A stretch of 62,715 bases of DNA, filler included, from Sandaracinaceae bacterium (GTDB taxonomy: Bacteria > Myxococcota_A > Polyangia > Polyangiales > JADJQN01), in assembly GCA_947483975.1 (NCBI GenBank). It is 15 parts of 15 records of this genome, joined end to end, with 100 filler letters (N's around TTAATTAATTAA, not from the genome) between each part and the next. Parts side by side here need not be neighbours in the genome. Positions count along the whole stretch, not along the records: positions 17,139 to 21,278 come from CANKOL010000430.1; positions 21,379 to 25,484 come from CANKOL010000431.1; positions 25,585 to 29,688 come from CANKOL010000432.1; positions 29,789 to 33,875 come from CANKOL010000433.1; 11 more parts are not named here. The stretch is one strand, 5' to 3'. This document shows positions 20,844-30,376 of this stretch, piece after piece; position 1 is the first letter of the stretch; every line of letters begins with the position of its first letter. Made by a program: the position numbers and the translations under genes. The notes beneath the pieces were generated by a model. That model searched no databases. It saw only the letters and a list, made by a program, of their open reading frames with translations, and was not told where the DNA came from.

Positions 20844-20926
20844 CAAAACGTCGTAGTCCGAATCGCAATGCAGTCCTAGTTCGCTCGAGTGAACCAGTCC
20901 GCCGGTGAGACCAGAGGAGAGCCGCG

Positions 20927-21278
20927 ATGGCCAAGGAAAAGTTCGTCCGTAGCAAGCCCCACGTGAACGTCGGCACCATCGGTCACATCGACCATGGCAA
21001 AACGACCACCACCGCGGCGATCACGATGGTCGCGTCCAAGAAGTACGGCGGCAAGGCCGTTTCGTACGCCGACATCGCCAAGGGTGGCACGGTCCGCGAC
21101 GCGTCCAAGATCGTGACGATCGCCGTCTCGCACGTCGAATACGAGACGCCGAACCGCCACTACGCGCACGTCGACTGCCCTGGGCACGCCGACTTCATCA
21201 AGAACATGATCACCGGCGCCGCGCAGATGGACGGCGCGATCCTCGTGGTCTCCGCCCTCGACGGCCCGATGCCCCAGA
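20927..21278 (+). CDS. tuf: Elongation factor Tu; 3' truncated
   Basis: MAKEKF...[48 protein letters not shown]; downstream of Thr-Tyr-Gly-Thr tRNAs as in tufB operons. Confidence 0.97.
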
Positions 21279-21378
21279 NNNNNNNNNNNNNNNNNNNNNN
21301 NNNNNNNNNNNNNNNNNNNNNNTTAATTAATTAANNNNNNNNNNNNNNNNNNNNNNNNNNNNNNNNNNNNNNNNNNNN

Positions 21379-21930
21379 CGCCGCTCCGGCGCCAGTGCAC
21401 GCCTCAGCCGCGTCGCACGCGCCCGCCGACGCGCGGCAAGCCGTGCCCGCCGCAGCGAAGCTATCCGCAGGACACGCAGCCGCGGCGCCAGTGCACGCCT
21501 CAGCCGCATCGCACACGCCCGTCGACACACGGCAGCTCGTGCCCGCCGCAGCGAAGGTATCCGCGGGACACGCAGCCGCGGCGCCAGTGCACGCCTCAGC
21601 CGCATCGCACACGCCAGCCGACGCGCGGCAGGTCGAGCCCGCCGCCGTGAAGGCGTTGGCCGGACACGCCGCCGAAGCGCCCGTGCAGGACTCCGCCACG
21701 TCGCACACGCCCGCCGAGGCGCGGCAGCTCGTGCCCGCCGCAGCGAACGCGTCCGCCGGACAGGTCGCCGAAGCGCCCGTGCACGCCTCAGCAGCGTCAC
21801 ACACGCCGGTCGAGGCGCGGCAGGCCGTGCCCGCGACCGCCATCACGTCCGCCGGGCAGGTCAGCACGGAGCCGTTGCAGACCTCTGCAGCGTCACACAC
21901 GCCGGTCGAAGCGCGGCAGGTCCGCGCCGC
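21379..21930 (-). repeat. 96-bp (32-aa) coding tandem repeat
   Basis: GTACRASTGVCDAAEACTGASATCPADAFAAA-type units running into the contig end. Confidence 0.85.
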
Positions 21931-23538
21931 CGCCACGGCGCCACAGACGCCGTTGACCGCAGCGCCGGTCGCCGTCGAGCAAGCCTGGCAGTCGGTCGCC
22001 AGGCTGCCGCCGCAAGCGGTGTTGCAGCACACGCCGTCGGCGCACGCGCCCACGCCGCAGAGCGCGGTGGCGACGCAAGCGCCGCCCGCCGTCACTGCGA
22101 TCGTCTGCCGCAGCGCCGCCGCAGCGACGAAGTTGCGGACGGCCGCGTTGTACGCGCCCGCGCCGCCCGCGGTCGTCGTGGTCCAGCTTGCGTCCGCGCT
22201 GGCCGGGCCGACCGCGCCGTCCGAGACGTAGGCGACGAGGCCGGTGCCGAGCGTCCGGATCAGCCACTGCGCCTCGGTGGGAACGCCCGTCGTCGTGGCG
22301 ACGACCGTCACGCTGGCGCCGAAGCCGGTGAGCGAGTCGAGGTCGCCGTAGCCGCCCGTCGGCGTCACGCCGCGGATGTCGACGACGCCCGTGTTGAGCG
22401 AGTTGGCGGTCGCGACGATCGCACCGGGGCCGGGGCCGCCGGCGCGGTCGACCGAGCCCGTGCCGCCGAGGAAGGCGACCAGGTCCGGGTCGGGCGGCGA
22501 GGCGATCGAGTCGTAGCCCGTCACGAAGACGAGGCCGCCGGCGTTGACGAACGCCGTGAGGTTGGCGAACGTCTCCGCGCGGTGGGCCGAGCCCGAGCCC
22601 GCGCCCGTCGCGCTCCAGACCACGACGTCGTAGGCGCCGAGCGGCCCCTCGAGGGTTGGGTTGGCGCTCGTGGCCGCGACGTAGTCGTTGAGCACGGTCG
22701 TCACGGTGTGGCGGTCGCCCGTGAGGACGCCCGGGATGTTGGTGTCCGTCGCGACGTCGCTGACGAAGAGCACGCGGGCCCGCGCGCTGTGGAACGCGAA
22801 GTTCCGGAGCGCTGCGTTGTACGCGCCCGCGCCGCCCGCGGTCGTCGTCGTCCAGCTTGCATCCGCGCTGGTGGGCCCGCTCGCGCCATCCGAGACGTAG
22901 GCGATGAGGCCGGTGCCCACGGTGCGCAGGAGCCACTGGGCGTCGGTGGCGATGCCCGTCGAGGTCGCGACGACCGTCACGCTGGCGCCGAAGCCGGTGA
23001 GCGCGTCGCGGTCCGTGTAGCCGCCCGTCGGGATGACGCCGCGGATGTCGACGACGCCCGTGGTGAGCGCGTTGGCGGTCGCGACGATCGGGCCAGGCAC
23101 TGCGCCGGTGTCGACCGAGCCCGTGCCTCCGAGGAAGGCGATCAGGTTCGGGTCGAGGGGCGACGCGATGCTGTCGTAGCCCGTGACGAACACGTGTCCG
23201 CCGGCGTTGACGTAGGTCGTCAGCGCGGCGAAGGTCCCGGCGGCGTGCACGTCGCCCAAGCCTGCACCGGTCGCGCTCCAGAAGACCGCGTCATACGCGG
23301 CGAGCGAGCCGACGAGCGTCGGGTTGGTCTGCGTCGCGGCGACGTAGTCGTTCGTCACGACGGTGACGGTGTGCCCGTCCGCGATGAGCGCGGTGGGGAT
23401 GTTGGTGTCCGTCGCCGTGTCGGAGACGAACAGGAAGGTTCCGGCGAAGGCTTTGCCCGGATTGAGCCAGCAGCCTGCAGCCAATATCAGAGCGACGAGC
23501 GGGATCAGCCCCGCGCGTCCTAGCGGTCGATTCGACAT
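21379..23538 (-). CDS. Secreted protein with two tandem ~220-aa domains and Cys-rich disintegrin-like repeats; 3' truncated
   Basis: Start MSNRPLG with RBS and signal peptide; duplicated LFVSDxATDTNIP...YNAAxRNF domain; at least six CRASxGxCDxAExCxG...CPAD repeats. Confidence 0.85.
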
Positions 23539-23672
23539 TTTGATGTGTCCCCTATTCTTGCAACGAGTGCCCGGAGCGTCTGACCCGACTTCGGCCCACG
23601 CGCAACAGGAAACCGTCGCGCCACGAAACCGGGCGCTCGGTCGGGGGTACTCGTCCTCGGGGCGAGCGCGGC

Positions 23673-25484
23673 CTACTTCGCGGCGCCCCAGCTGACGCCT
23701 GCGCCGACCTCGACGAGCAGCGGCACCTCGAGCTGCACGACGCCCTCCATGGCCTCGCGCACCAGCGCGCTCATCGGCTCGCGCTCGCCGGGCGGCACCT
23801 CGAAGACCAGCTCGTCGTGCACGGTCAGCAGCATTCGGCTCTCGACCTGCGCGGCCTTCATGCGCTCGTGCACGCGCACCATCGCGAGCTTGATCACGTC
23901 GGCGCTCGTGCCTTGGATCGGCGTGTTGCGCGCGACGCGCTCGGCGGCGAAGCGCACCGTGCGGTTGGCGCTGCCGAGGTCGGCGACGAAGCGTCGGCGC
24001 CCGAGCAGCGTGCGCACCTCGCCCGTCTCGCTCGCCTCGCGGACGACCTCGTCGAGGAACCGCCGCACGCCCGCGTAGCGCTTGAAGAACGCGTCGATGT
24101 AGCGCGCCGCCTCGGCTCGCTCGATCTTCAGGTTCCGCGCGAGCGCCTGCTCGGTCTGCCCGTAGATCACCGCGAAGTTCACGGTCTTCGCGCGGCCCCG
24201 CTGCTCGCGCGTCACCTCCGCCGGGCTCACGCCGAAGAGCGCGCAGGCGGTGTGCACGTGGACGTCCTCGCCCGTCTGGAACGCCTCGACGAGCTCTGGA
24301 TCGTGGCTGAGGTGCGCGAGCACGCGCAGCTCGATCTGCGAGTAGTCCGCCGCGAGGATCAGCCAGCCGTCCGGCGGGATGAACGCCTCCCGGATGCGCC
24401 GCCCGAACGGCGTCTTGACCGGGATGTTCTGCAGGTTCGGCTCGCTCGACGAGAGCCGCCCCGTCGCCGCGACGGCCTGGTTGTACCGCGTGTGGATGCG
24501 CCCTTCCCCGTCGACGAGGCGCGGGAAGGCGTCGAGATACGTGCCCTTCAGCTTGATCAGCCCACGGTGCTCGAGCACGAGCGCGGGCAGCGGATGCTCG
24601 GCGGCGAGCTCCTCGAGCACATCGTGATCCGTCGAGGGGCCGGTCTTGGTGCGCTTGATGACGCGCAGCCCGAGCTCGTCGAAGAGCACCGTCGCGAGCT
24701 GCTTCGGCGAGCCGAGGTTCCAGTCCTTGCCGCCCGCGAGCGCGCGGCACTTCGACTCGAGCTCCGCGAGCTCCGCCGCCGCCTGCCGGGACAGCTCCGC
24801 GAGCTTCGCGAGGTCGAGGCGCACGCCGGTGCGCTCGAGCACGACGAGGAGGCGCGCGAGCGGCAGCTCGAGGTCTTGCAGCAGCCCGTCGAGCTTCGCG
24901 TCGCGTAGGCGTGGCAGCAGCGCCGCGCGCGCCGACCACACCGCAGCCGCGCTCCGCGCCGCCCAGTCTGCGCCGAGCTCGACGGCGACCTCGCCGAGCG
25001 CGAGCTGCGAGCCGCGCTGTTTGGCCGTGATCGCGTCGTAGGCGGGCAGCGTCAGCTCGAGCTCCGCGTGCGCGATCTCGGGCAGCGAGTGCCCGTGCTT
25101 CTCCGGGTCGAGCAGGTAGCTCGCGAGCATCGCGTCGAACGTGATCCCCTCGTCGCGCACGCCCTGCGCGAGCCACGCGAGCTCGTCGCGCTTGGCGTCC
25201 GCGGAGAGCTTCGGCAGCGACGCGTCCTCGAGGAGCGGGCGCAGCAGCGCGATGGTCGCCGCGCGGTCGAGCTGCGCGGGCGCGGCGAGGTAGCGGTGAT
25301 CGAAGGGCAGATACACGGCGTCGCCCGCGGCGAACGCGAGCCCGAGCCCGACGAGCGAGGTCGCGCGCGCGGTGTCGTCCGCGTCGAGCGCGGGGAACAC
25401 GGCGACGGCGCCCGCGGCGCGGATGGCGTCGAGCAGCGCGGGCAGCTCGAGCCCGTCGGAGATGATCCGCACGCTGACCTCGCG
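23673..25484 (-). CDS. polA: DNA polymerase I, C-terminal part; 5' truncated
   Basis: TGRLSSSEPNLQNIP, ADYSQIELRVLAH (motif A), RAKTVNFAVIYG (motif B), LTVHDELVFE (motif C). Confidence 0.97.
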   Translation of the reverse strand, partial: REVSVRIISDGLELPALLDAIRAAGAVAVFPALDADDTARATSLVGLGLAFAAGDAVYLPFDHRYLAAPAQLDRAATIALLRPLLEDASLPKLSADAKRDELAWLAQGVRDEGITFDAMLASYLLDPEKHGHSLPEIAHAELELTLPAYDAITAKQRGSQLALGEVAVELGADWAARSAAAVWSARAALLPRLRDAKLDGLLQDLELPLARLLVVLERTGVRLDLAKLAELSRQAAAELAELESKCRALAGGKDWNLGSPKQLATVLFDELGLRVIKRTKTGPSTDHDVLEELAAEHPLPALVLEHRGLIKLKGTYLDAFPRLVDGEGRIHTRYNQAVAATGRLSSSEPNLQNIPVKTPFGRRIREAFIPPDGWLILAADYSQIELRVLAHLSHDPELVEAFQTGEDVHVHTACALFGVSPAEVTREQRGRAKTVNFAVIYGQTEQALARNLKIERAEAARYIDAFFKRYAGVRRFLDEVVREASETGEVRTLLGRRRFVADLGSANRTVRFAAERVARNTPIQGTSADVIKLAMVRVHERMKAAQVESRMLLTVHDELVFEVPPGEREPMSALVREAMEGVVQLEVPLLVEVGAGVSWGAAK

Positions 25485-25584
25485 NNNNNNNNNNNNNNNN
25501 NNNNNNNNNNNNNNNNNNNNNNNNNNNNTTAATTAATTAANNNNNNNNNNNNNNNNNNNNNNNNNNNNNNNNNNNNNNNNNNNN

Positions 25585-25688
25585 CGCGCCGCGCCCGAGC
25601 CGCCAACCGTCGCGACGAGGACCAGCGCGCCGACGAGCACCAGCGGTCCGACGAGGCCACCGCGCGAGGCCGTGCGCGCGGCGGTCAC
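25585..25688 (-). CDS. Secreted protein, N-terminus only
   Basis: GTG overlapping the upstream stop (GTGA); basic then hydrophobic signal-like sequence. Confidence 0.45.
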
Positions 25689-26380
25689 GGCGCGTCGTCG
25701 TCGCGGTCGATCTCGATGCGCGAGCGCCGGCTGTCTGGCTCGGCGCCGTGCGGCAGCACCTTCAGCTCCGGCGTGACGCCGAGCCGCAGCCCGCCGACGA
25801 TCAGCAGCAGCGTCGCCGCCCCGAGCACGCCGAGCCCCCAGCCGTAGTGCGCGACCGCCTGCACGTCGCCGACGCTCATCAGCTCCGCCCAGCGGTCGAG
25901 CTTGCGCAGCGCCGACCAGACCGACATCGGCACGCCCCAGGCGAGCAGCGGCACGACGAGGCGAATCGCGCGCATCCCCGCGAGCGTGCGCCGCCGCGCG
26001 AGCAGGATCAGCGCCGCGAGCCCGACGCCCGGCACGACCCAGAGCGTCGGCGCGTGCGTCACCGCGATCGACGGCCCGGTGACCAGCAGCCGCTCACCCG
26101 CCGCGCTGATCGAGCCGATCGGGCACGCGAAGCCGATCAGCGCGAGGAGCGCGCCCGCCCCGACGACCCCGCGCCCGAAGCGCAGGTCGAAGGTGTCGAG
26201 CCGCTCGTCGTCGCGCGGCTGCGTGCTCGAATTCGTCGCACCCTCGAGCCGGTCGAACGGGACGAGCGCGAGCTCGTGCTCGGGGCAGTGCGTCTCGCCC
26301 TCGAACGACTCGCGGCAGAAAGGGCAGAAGAGGACGGCGGTCGTGGACGAGGGCGGGCGCACGGCGACGACGCGATCCAT
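25685..26380 (-). CDS. Zn-ribbon-containing membrane protein
   Basis: FCPFCRE...HCPEH motif followed by about four TM segments. Confidence 0.7.
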   Translation of the reverse strand: MDRVVAVRPPSSTTAVLFCPFCRESFEGETHCPEHELALVPFDRLEGATNSSTQPRDDERLDTFDLRFGRGVVGAGALLALIGFACPIGSISAAGERLLVTGPSIAVTHAPTLWVVPGVGLAALILLARRRTLAGMRAIRLVVPLLAWGVPMSVWSALRKLDRWAELMSVGDVQAVAHYGWGLGVLGAATLLLIVGGLRLGVTPELKVLPHGAEPDSRRSRIEIDRDDDAP

Positions 26381-26399
26381 ATCACGGCCCGGAGGTGGC

Positions 26400-26669
26400 A
26401 TGGACCCGAAGCCCGCGGCGCCCGCATTCACGATCAAGGCCGACGACGACACGGCCAAGGGCCGCTTCGCGAACCTCGCGCAGGTCGGCAGCTCGCACGA
26501 CTCGTTCGTGCTCGACTTCGCCTTCGTACAGGGCCCGGTCGGCTGGCTGCTCTCGAGGCTGCTGCTCTCGCCTCAGCACGCCAAGCGCTTCCACGCGGTG
26601 CTCGGCGACACCCTCGCCCGGCACGAAGAGCGGTACGGGGTGATCGACCCCGGACCGATGTTGCAGTAA
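26400..26669 (+). CDS. DUF3467-family protein
   Basis: GGAGG RBS; GRFANL...SFVLDF...SRLLLSPQHAKRF...LARHEERYGVI pattern. Confidence 0.82.
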   Translation: MDPKPAAPAFTIKADDDTAKGRFANLAQVGSSHDSFVLDFAFVQGPVGWLLSRLLLSPQHAKRFHAVLGDTLARHEERYGVIDPGPMLQ

Positions 26670-26687
26670 CGTCGACCGCGAGTCCCG

Positions 26688-27125
26688 ATGATCACCCGCG
26701 GCATCACGAAGACCGACTACGACACCATCGTCGCGGTGCTCGATCGCTGGTGGGGCGGCCCCTCCGGCGAGCGGGCGCACCCCGTGTTCTTCTACGAGCT
26801 CGGGGAGCACGCGCTGATCGCAGAGGAGGACGGCGTGCTCGTCGGCTTCCTGCTCGGCTTCATCTCCGACGGCAGCCCGCGCACCGGCTACGTGCACCTC
26901 GTCGGCATCCACCCGGAGCACCGCCGGCGCTCCGTCGGCAAGCTGCTCTATCTGCAGTTCGCCGAGCGCGCGAAGGCCGCGGGCGCCGAGCGCATCAAGG
27001 CGATCACCGCCGTCGGGAACGAGGGCTCGGACCACTTCCACCGTGCGCTCGGCTTCACCTGCGTCGAAGAGCCCTCGTACGCTGGCGAGGGCCGCGCGCG
27101 CCTCGTCTTCACGCGCGATCTCTGA
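26688..27125 (+). CDS. GNAT family N-acetyltransferase
   Basis: GYVHLVGIHPEHRRRSVGKLLY acetyl-CoA motif; N..S..FHRALGF. Confidence 0.9.
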   Translation: MITRGITKTDYDTIVAVLDRWWGGPSGERAHPVFFYELGEHALIAEEDGVLVGFLLGFISDGSPRTGYVHLVGIHPEHRRRSVGKLLYLQFAERAKAAGAERIKAITAVGNEGSDHFHRALGFTCVEEPSYAGEGRARLVFTRDL

Positions 27126-27266
27126 CCGCCGAGCGCGCTGCGCCGGGAGCGGAACCCGACCATTTCGCGGTAGCAGCCGCCCGACCCATTCGGTATCATC
27201 GCGCGGGCGCAGGGGCCCTCGATCTCGTAGGGCACGACCACACGATCTCGTAGGAGAGGCGGACTG

Positions 27267-28055
27267 ATGAGCTATTCGGGGTCAAGTACGGCGGGCGGCG
27301 CAAGACAGAGCCTCGGTCAAGCACTGGCAGTGCTCCAATCCGACGCCAACATCCCGCCCGACGTGCTCAACGTCGCGCAGAACATGGCGCAGGCGGTGGG
27401 CTCGCTCTTCGACGCCGAGAAGGCGCAGGACGAGATCACCGGCAAGAACGCCGTGCGCGCCGCGCTCGGCTCGCTCAGCCAGACCCTCGCGCTGCTGCAG
27501 GATGTGCGCTCTCAGCACCCCGGGATCGCGGCCGCGACCGAGTCGATCGCGCGGGTGATGTCGGCGCTCTTCCCGCTGACCGCGGTGCCCTCGAAGGCGC
27601 CCGCGGCTTCGGGCGGCTACGGGGACGTCCAGGTCCCGCGCGCGGCGCCGGTGCCGGGTACCTTCGCGGCGAACGCGGCGGCCCCCCGCCACTCGAGCCC
27701 GCCGCTCGCGGCTCGCCACGATCTGCCGCGCGCCGAGCTCGAGGCGAACATCGGCGCGACGACCGAGTCGAACTTCTTCGTCGGCTTCTCCGGCGAGATC
27801 GCCGAGGGCGGCGTCTTCATCGCCACCTACACCTCGCTCGAGCGCGGGCAGCCCGTGACGGTCACGGTGACGCTGCCCGGCGGCTTCGAGACGAAGGTGA
27901 ACGGCGTCGTCCGCTTCGTCCGCGACCCGCTCGACTTCGCCACGGACTCCGAGCCCGGCATCGGCGTGCAGTTCGAGTCGGGGCTCCAGCACGACGCGCG
28001 CGAGCTCGTGCTGCGGTTCATCCGCAAGCGCGCCCCGATGTTCTACGACGAGTGA
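27267..28055 (+). CDS. Protein with C-terminal TIGR02266/PilZ-like domain
   Basis: ESNFFVGFSGEIAEGGVFIATY...GVVRFVR...PGIGVQF...FIRKRAPMFYD. Confidence 0.8.
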   Translation: MSYSGSSTAGGARQSLGQALAVLQSDANIPPDVLNVAQNMAQAVGSLFDAEKAQDEITGKNAVRAALGSLSQTLALLQDVRSQHPGIAAATESIARVMSALFPLTAVPSKAPAASGGYGDVQVPRAAPVPGTFAANAAAPRHSSPPLAARHDLPRAELEANIGATTESNFFVGFSGEIAEGGVFIATYTSLERGQPVTVTVTLPGGFETKVNGVVRFVRDPLDFATDSEPGIGVQFESGLQHDARELVLRFIRKRAPMFYDE

Positions 28056-28639
28056 TGCAGTTCCTTCAGCGCGCGGCCATTCGGCCCGTCCCGCCTCACG
28101 CGGTCGTCGAAGAAGCCTCCATCGCCGAGGTCGAGAGCACGCTCGACGAGCCGGGCGCCCTCGAGGGGGCGCTCGACCGCGGCTATCGCGACCTCGACCG
28201 CACGCAGCCTGAGCTCGCGACGTTCCTCTCCGAGGAGATCGCCGCGCGCACGGACGAGGTCGCGCAGTCGCTCGGCTACTTCCTGATCGTCGCCGTCTAT
28301 CTGCTCTTTCGCGAGGCGTTCCCGACGCGCCTCGCGAAGATCGATCACGCCGCGCTCGGCGCCGCGCTCGACTCTCTCGAGACGGACGAGTCCCTCCGCG
28401 GCGACTCCTCCGACGAGGTCCTCGAGAGCGACGACGTCATCGCCATGGGCCAGCCCGCGGTGCTCGACTTCGTGCAGCAGCACATCCAAGAGGCGCTCGA
28501 GGTCGCCGGCGAGAGCGCGAACCTCGAGCAGCTCGACGACGTCTACCGCGCCGTGCTCGTGGAGGTGATCGCGCTCTCACAGTGCGTGGAGCCGCCGCCC
28601 GGCACGCTCGCGGCGCCGAGCGACGAGATCCTCGCGTAG
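28052..28639 (+). CDS. Acidic hypothetical protein
   Basis: Long ORF translationally coupled to the upstream gene; twin QP motifs (TQPEL, GQPAV). Confidence 0.7.
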   Translation: MMQFLQRAAIRPVPPHAVVEEASIAEVESTLDEPGALEGALDRGYRDLDRTQPELATFLSEEIAARTDEVAQSLGYFLIVAVYLLFREAFPTRLAKIDHAALGAALDSLETDESLRGDSSDEVLESDDVIAMGQPAVLDFVQQHIQEALEVAGESANLEQLDDVYRAVLVEVIALSQCVEPPPGTLAAPSDEILA

Positions 28640-28640
28640 C

Positions 28641-28736
28641 GCGCGGCGCCTACTGCGCGAGGCGCCCGCTGCGGGAGGCGCCCGCTGCGAGAGGCCCCTA
28701 CTGTACGAGGCGCCTACTACGCGCGGCGCCTACTTC
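28641..28736. repeat. Six degenerate 16-bp tandem repeats between convergent genes
   Basis: gcgcggcgcctactgc / gcgaggcgcccgctgc / gggaggcgcccgctgc / gagaggcccctactgt / acgaggcgcctactac / gcgcggcgcctacttc. Confidence 0.8.
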
Positions 28737-29155
28737 GCGCTGCGCAGGTCCTTGAGCGCGACCTTCAGGTCCTCGACGTGCACGTCGAGCGTGAGGTCAG
28801 CGTACTCGTCCGGCTTCATGCCGAGCCCCTTCGCGAGCTTGACGAGGTACTCGTCCTCGCCGAGGTCGAGCTCGTCGTCCGCGTCGTTCACGGCCGAGAC
28901 GAGCTCGAGCAGCTTGCGCTTCTTGATCGGCGGGTCCTTCGCGAAGTCCGCCGCGGTCGCCTCGAGATCGAAGGTCCCCGCGGGGAAGGTCTTGATCCGC
29001 GCGTCGACCTCGTCGGGGAGCGCCTCGCCCGAGAGCAGCTCGGTCAGCAGCTTGCGGACGACGGCCTCCTCTTGCCCAGCGAGCTTGTCGTCCGCGTACG
29101 CCGCTCCGAGCAGCAGGTCAGTGATCACCATGATCCGGTCTTTGATCGCACTCAT
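28730..29155 (-). CDS. TerB-like (tellurite resistance/DjlA N-terminal fold) protein
   Basis: Twin AAYADDKL...QE and AVNDADDELDLGE...YL..LA..LG motifs. Confidence 0.75.
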   Translation of the reverse strand: MSAIKDRIMVITDLLLGAAYADDKLAGQEEAVVRKLLTELLSGEALPDEVDARIKTFPAGTFDLEATAADFAKDPPIKKRKLLELVSAVNDADDELDLGEDEYLVKLAKGLGMKPDEYADLTLDVHVEDLKVALKDLRSAK

Positions 29156-29263
29156 CGCTCGCCCGCCTTTCGTCTCCATCGACGCGGAGCGAGGCTACAC
29201 GAAGCGCGCGCCCGACGGAACGCTCTCGTTTCGTAACGGACGGACGGCGCCCCGCGGAGGCGC

Positions 29264-29688
29264 TCAGCGCGGCTGCCGACGCTCGGCCGCGGCGGCGTCC
29301 CCGCGCTCCGCGGCGAGGTCGTCGGCGTCGGCTTCGACGCGCACGCGGGGCGGCGCCTGACGCATCAGCTCGCGGAAGTGCCAGCTGAGGAGGCCGTCGT
29401 CGTCCACCTCGACCGTCACGCGGCTGCCGTCGGCCATCGCCGTCAGCACGGCGTCGGCCGCGACCGTCGACCAGCCGAGCGTCTGCGAGACCTGCGTCAC
29501 CGTGAGCACGCCGCCGGTCTGCTGCGCCAGCGCGAGGACGGCATGCTCGCGGGCGGTGCGCTCCTCGGCCGCGGCGCTCGCGTTCTGCTGGCCCCCCGCG
29601 CGCCAAGCGAGCACGCCGACCGCGAGCCCGACGAGGCCGAGCGCGCCGCCGACGACGACGCCGAGCGGCATCGAGAGGAGCCACAGCG
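29264..29688 (-). CDS. Membrane-anchored hypothetical protein with C-terminal wHTH-like region; 5' truncated
   Basis: TM helix then LALAQQTGGVLTVTQVS...VDDDGLLSWHF. Confidence 0.6.
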
Positions 29689-29788
29689 NNNNNNNNNNNN
29701 NNNNNNNNNNNNNNNNNNNNNNNNNNNNNNNNTTAATTAATTAANNNNNNNNNNNNNNNNNNNNNNNNNNNNNNNNNNNNNNNNNNNN

Positions 29789-30295
29789 GCCCGCGCGCCG
29801 CAGCGCGAGCGCGAGCCCGAGCCGCGCCTCGTAGCTCGACTCGCGCAAGGCGAGCGCGCGCTCGTAGGCCGCCTTGGCGTGGCGGGCGTCGCGGATGTCG
29901 AGGAGCAGCGACGCATGGAGGAGCTGCGCGTCGAAGCTGCGCGGGGAGAGCGTCGCGGCGCGCTCGGCGTGACGGATGGCGCCGGCGACGTCCCCGCGCG
30001 CGCTCATCACCTGCGCCCAGAGGAGCTCGACGTCGCCGCTGCGAGCGTCGAGGCGGGCGGCGTTCGCGCACGCGCGCTCGGCGAGCTCGAGGCGGGCCGG
30101 ATCGGTGGCGCCATCCGTCAGATAGCTGCGCGCCTGCGCGAGCACCCGCGTGAGCTCCGCGCGGCGCTCGGCGGAGTCGTCATCGCCGTCGTCGTCGAGC
30201 GTGGCGAGCGGATCTTGCGCGCGCACAGCCCAACACGGGAGCAGCGCGCACAGCCCGAGCAGGGCGAAGACGGCGAGGCGCGGGGCGCGGGACAT
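29789..30295 (-). CDS. Secreted TPR protein; 3' truncated
   Basis: Signal peptide and TPR-like helices (AIRHAERAATLSP, AKAAYERALAL). Confidence 0.75.
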
Positions 30296-30376
30296 CGAGC
30301 GACATCCTACGGAACTTCGCCAAAGAAGCGATGTCTACCCGACCGGGCGCACACCCGAGTGCGCGAGGAGACTCGC

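Noticed and set aside
21331..25176. 1281-aa ORF in the track
   Set aside because: Its first ~545 codons are an off-frame shadow of polA plus intergenic sequence; the real gene starts at 23538.
28641..28736. Possible mini-CRISPR array
   Set aside because: Contiguous 16-bp units with no unique spacers and no cas genes.
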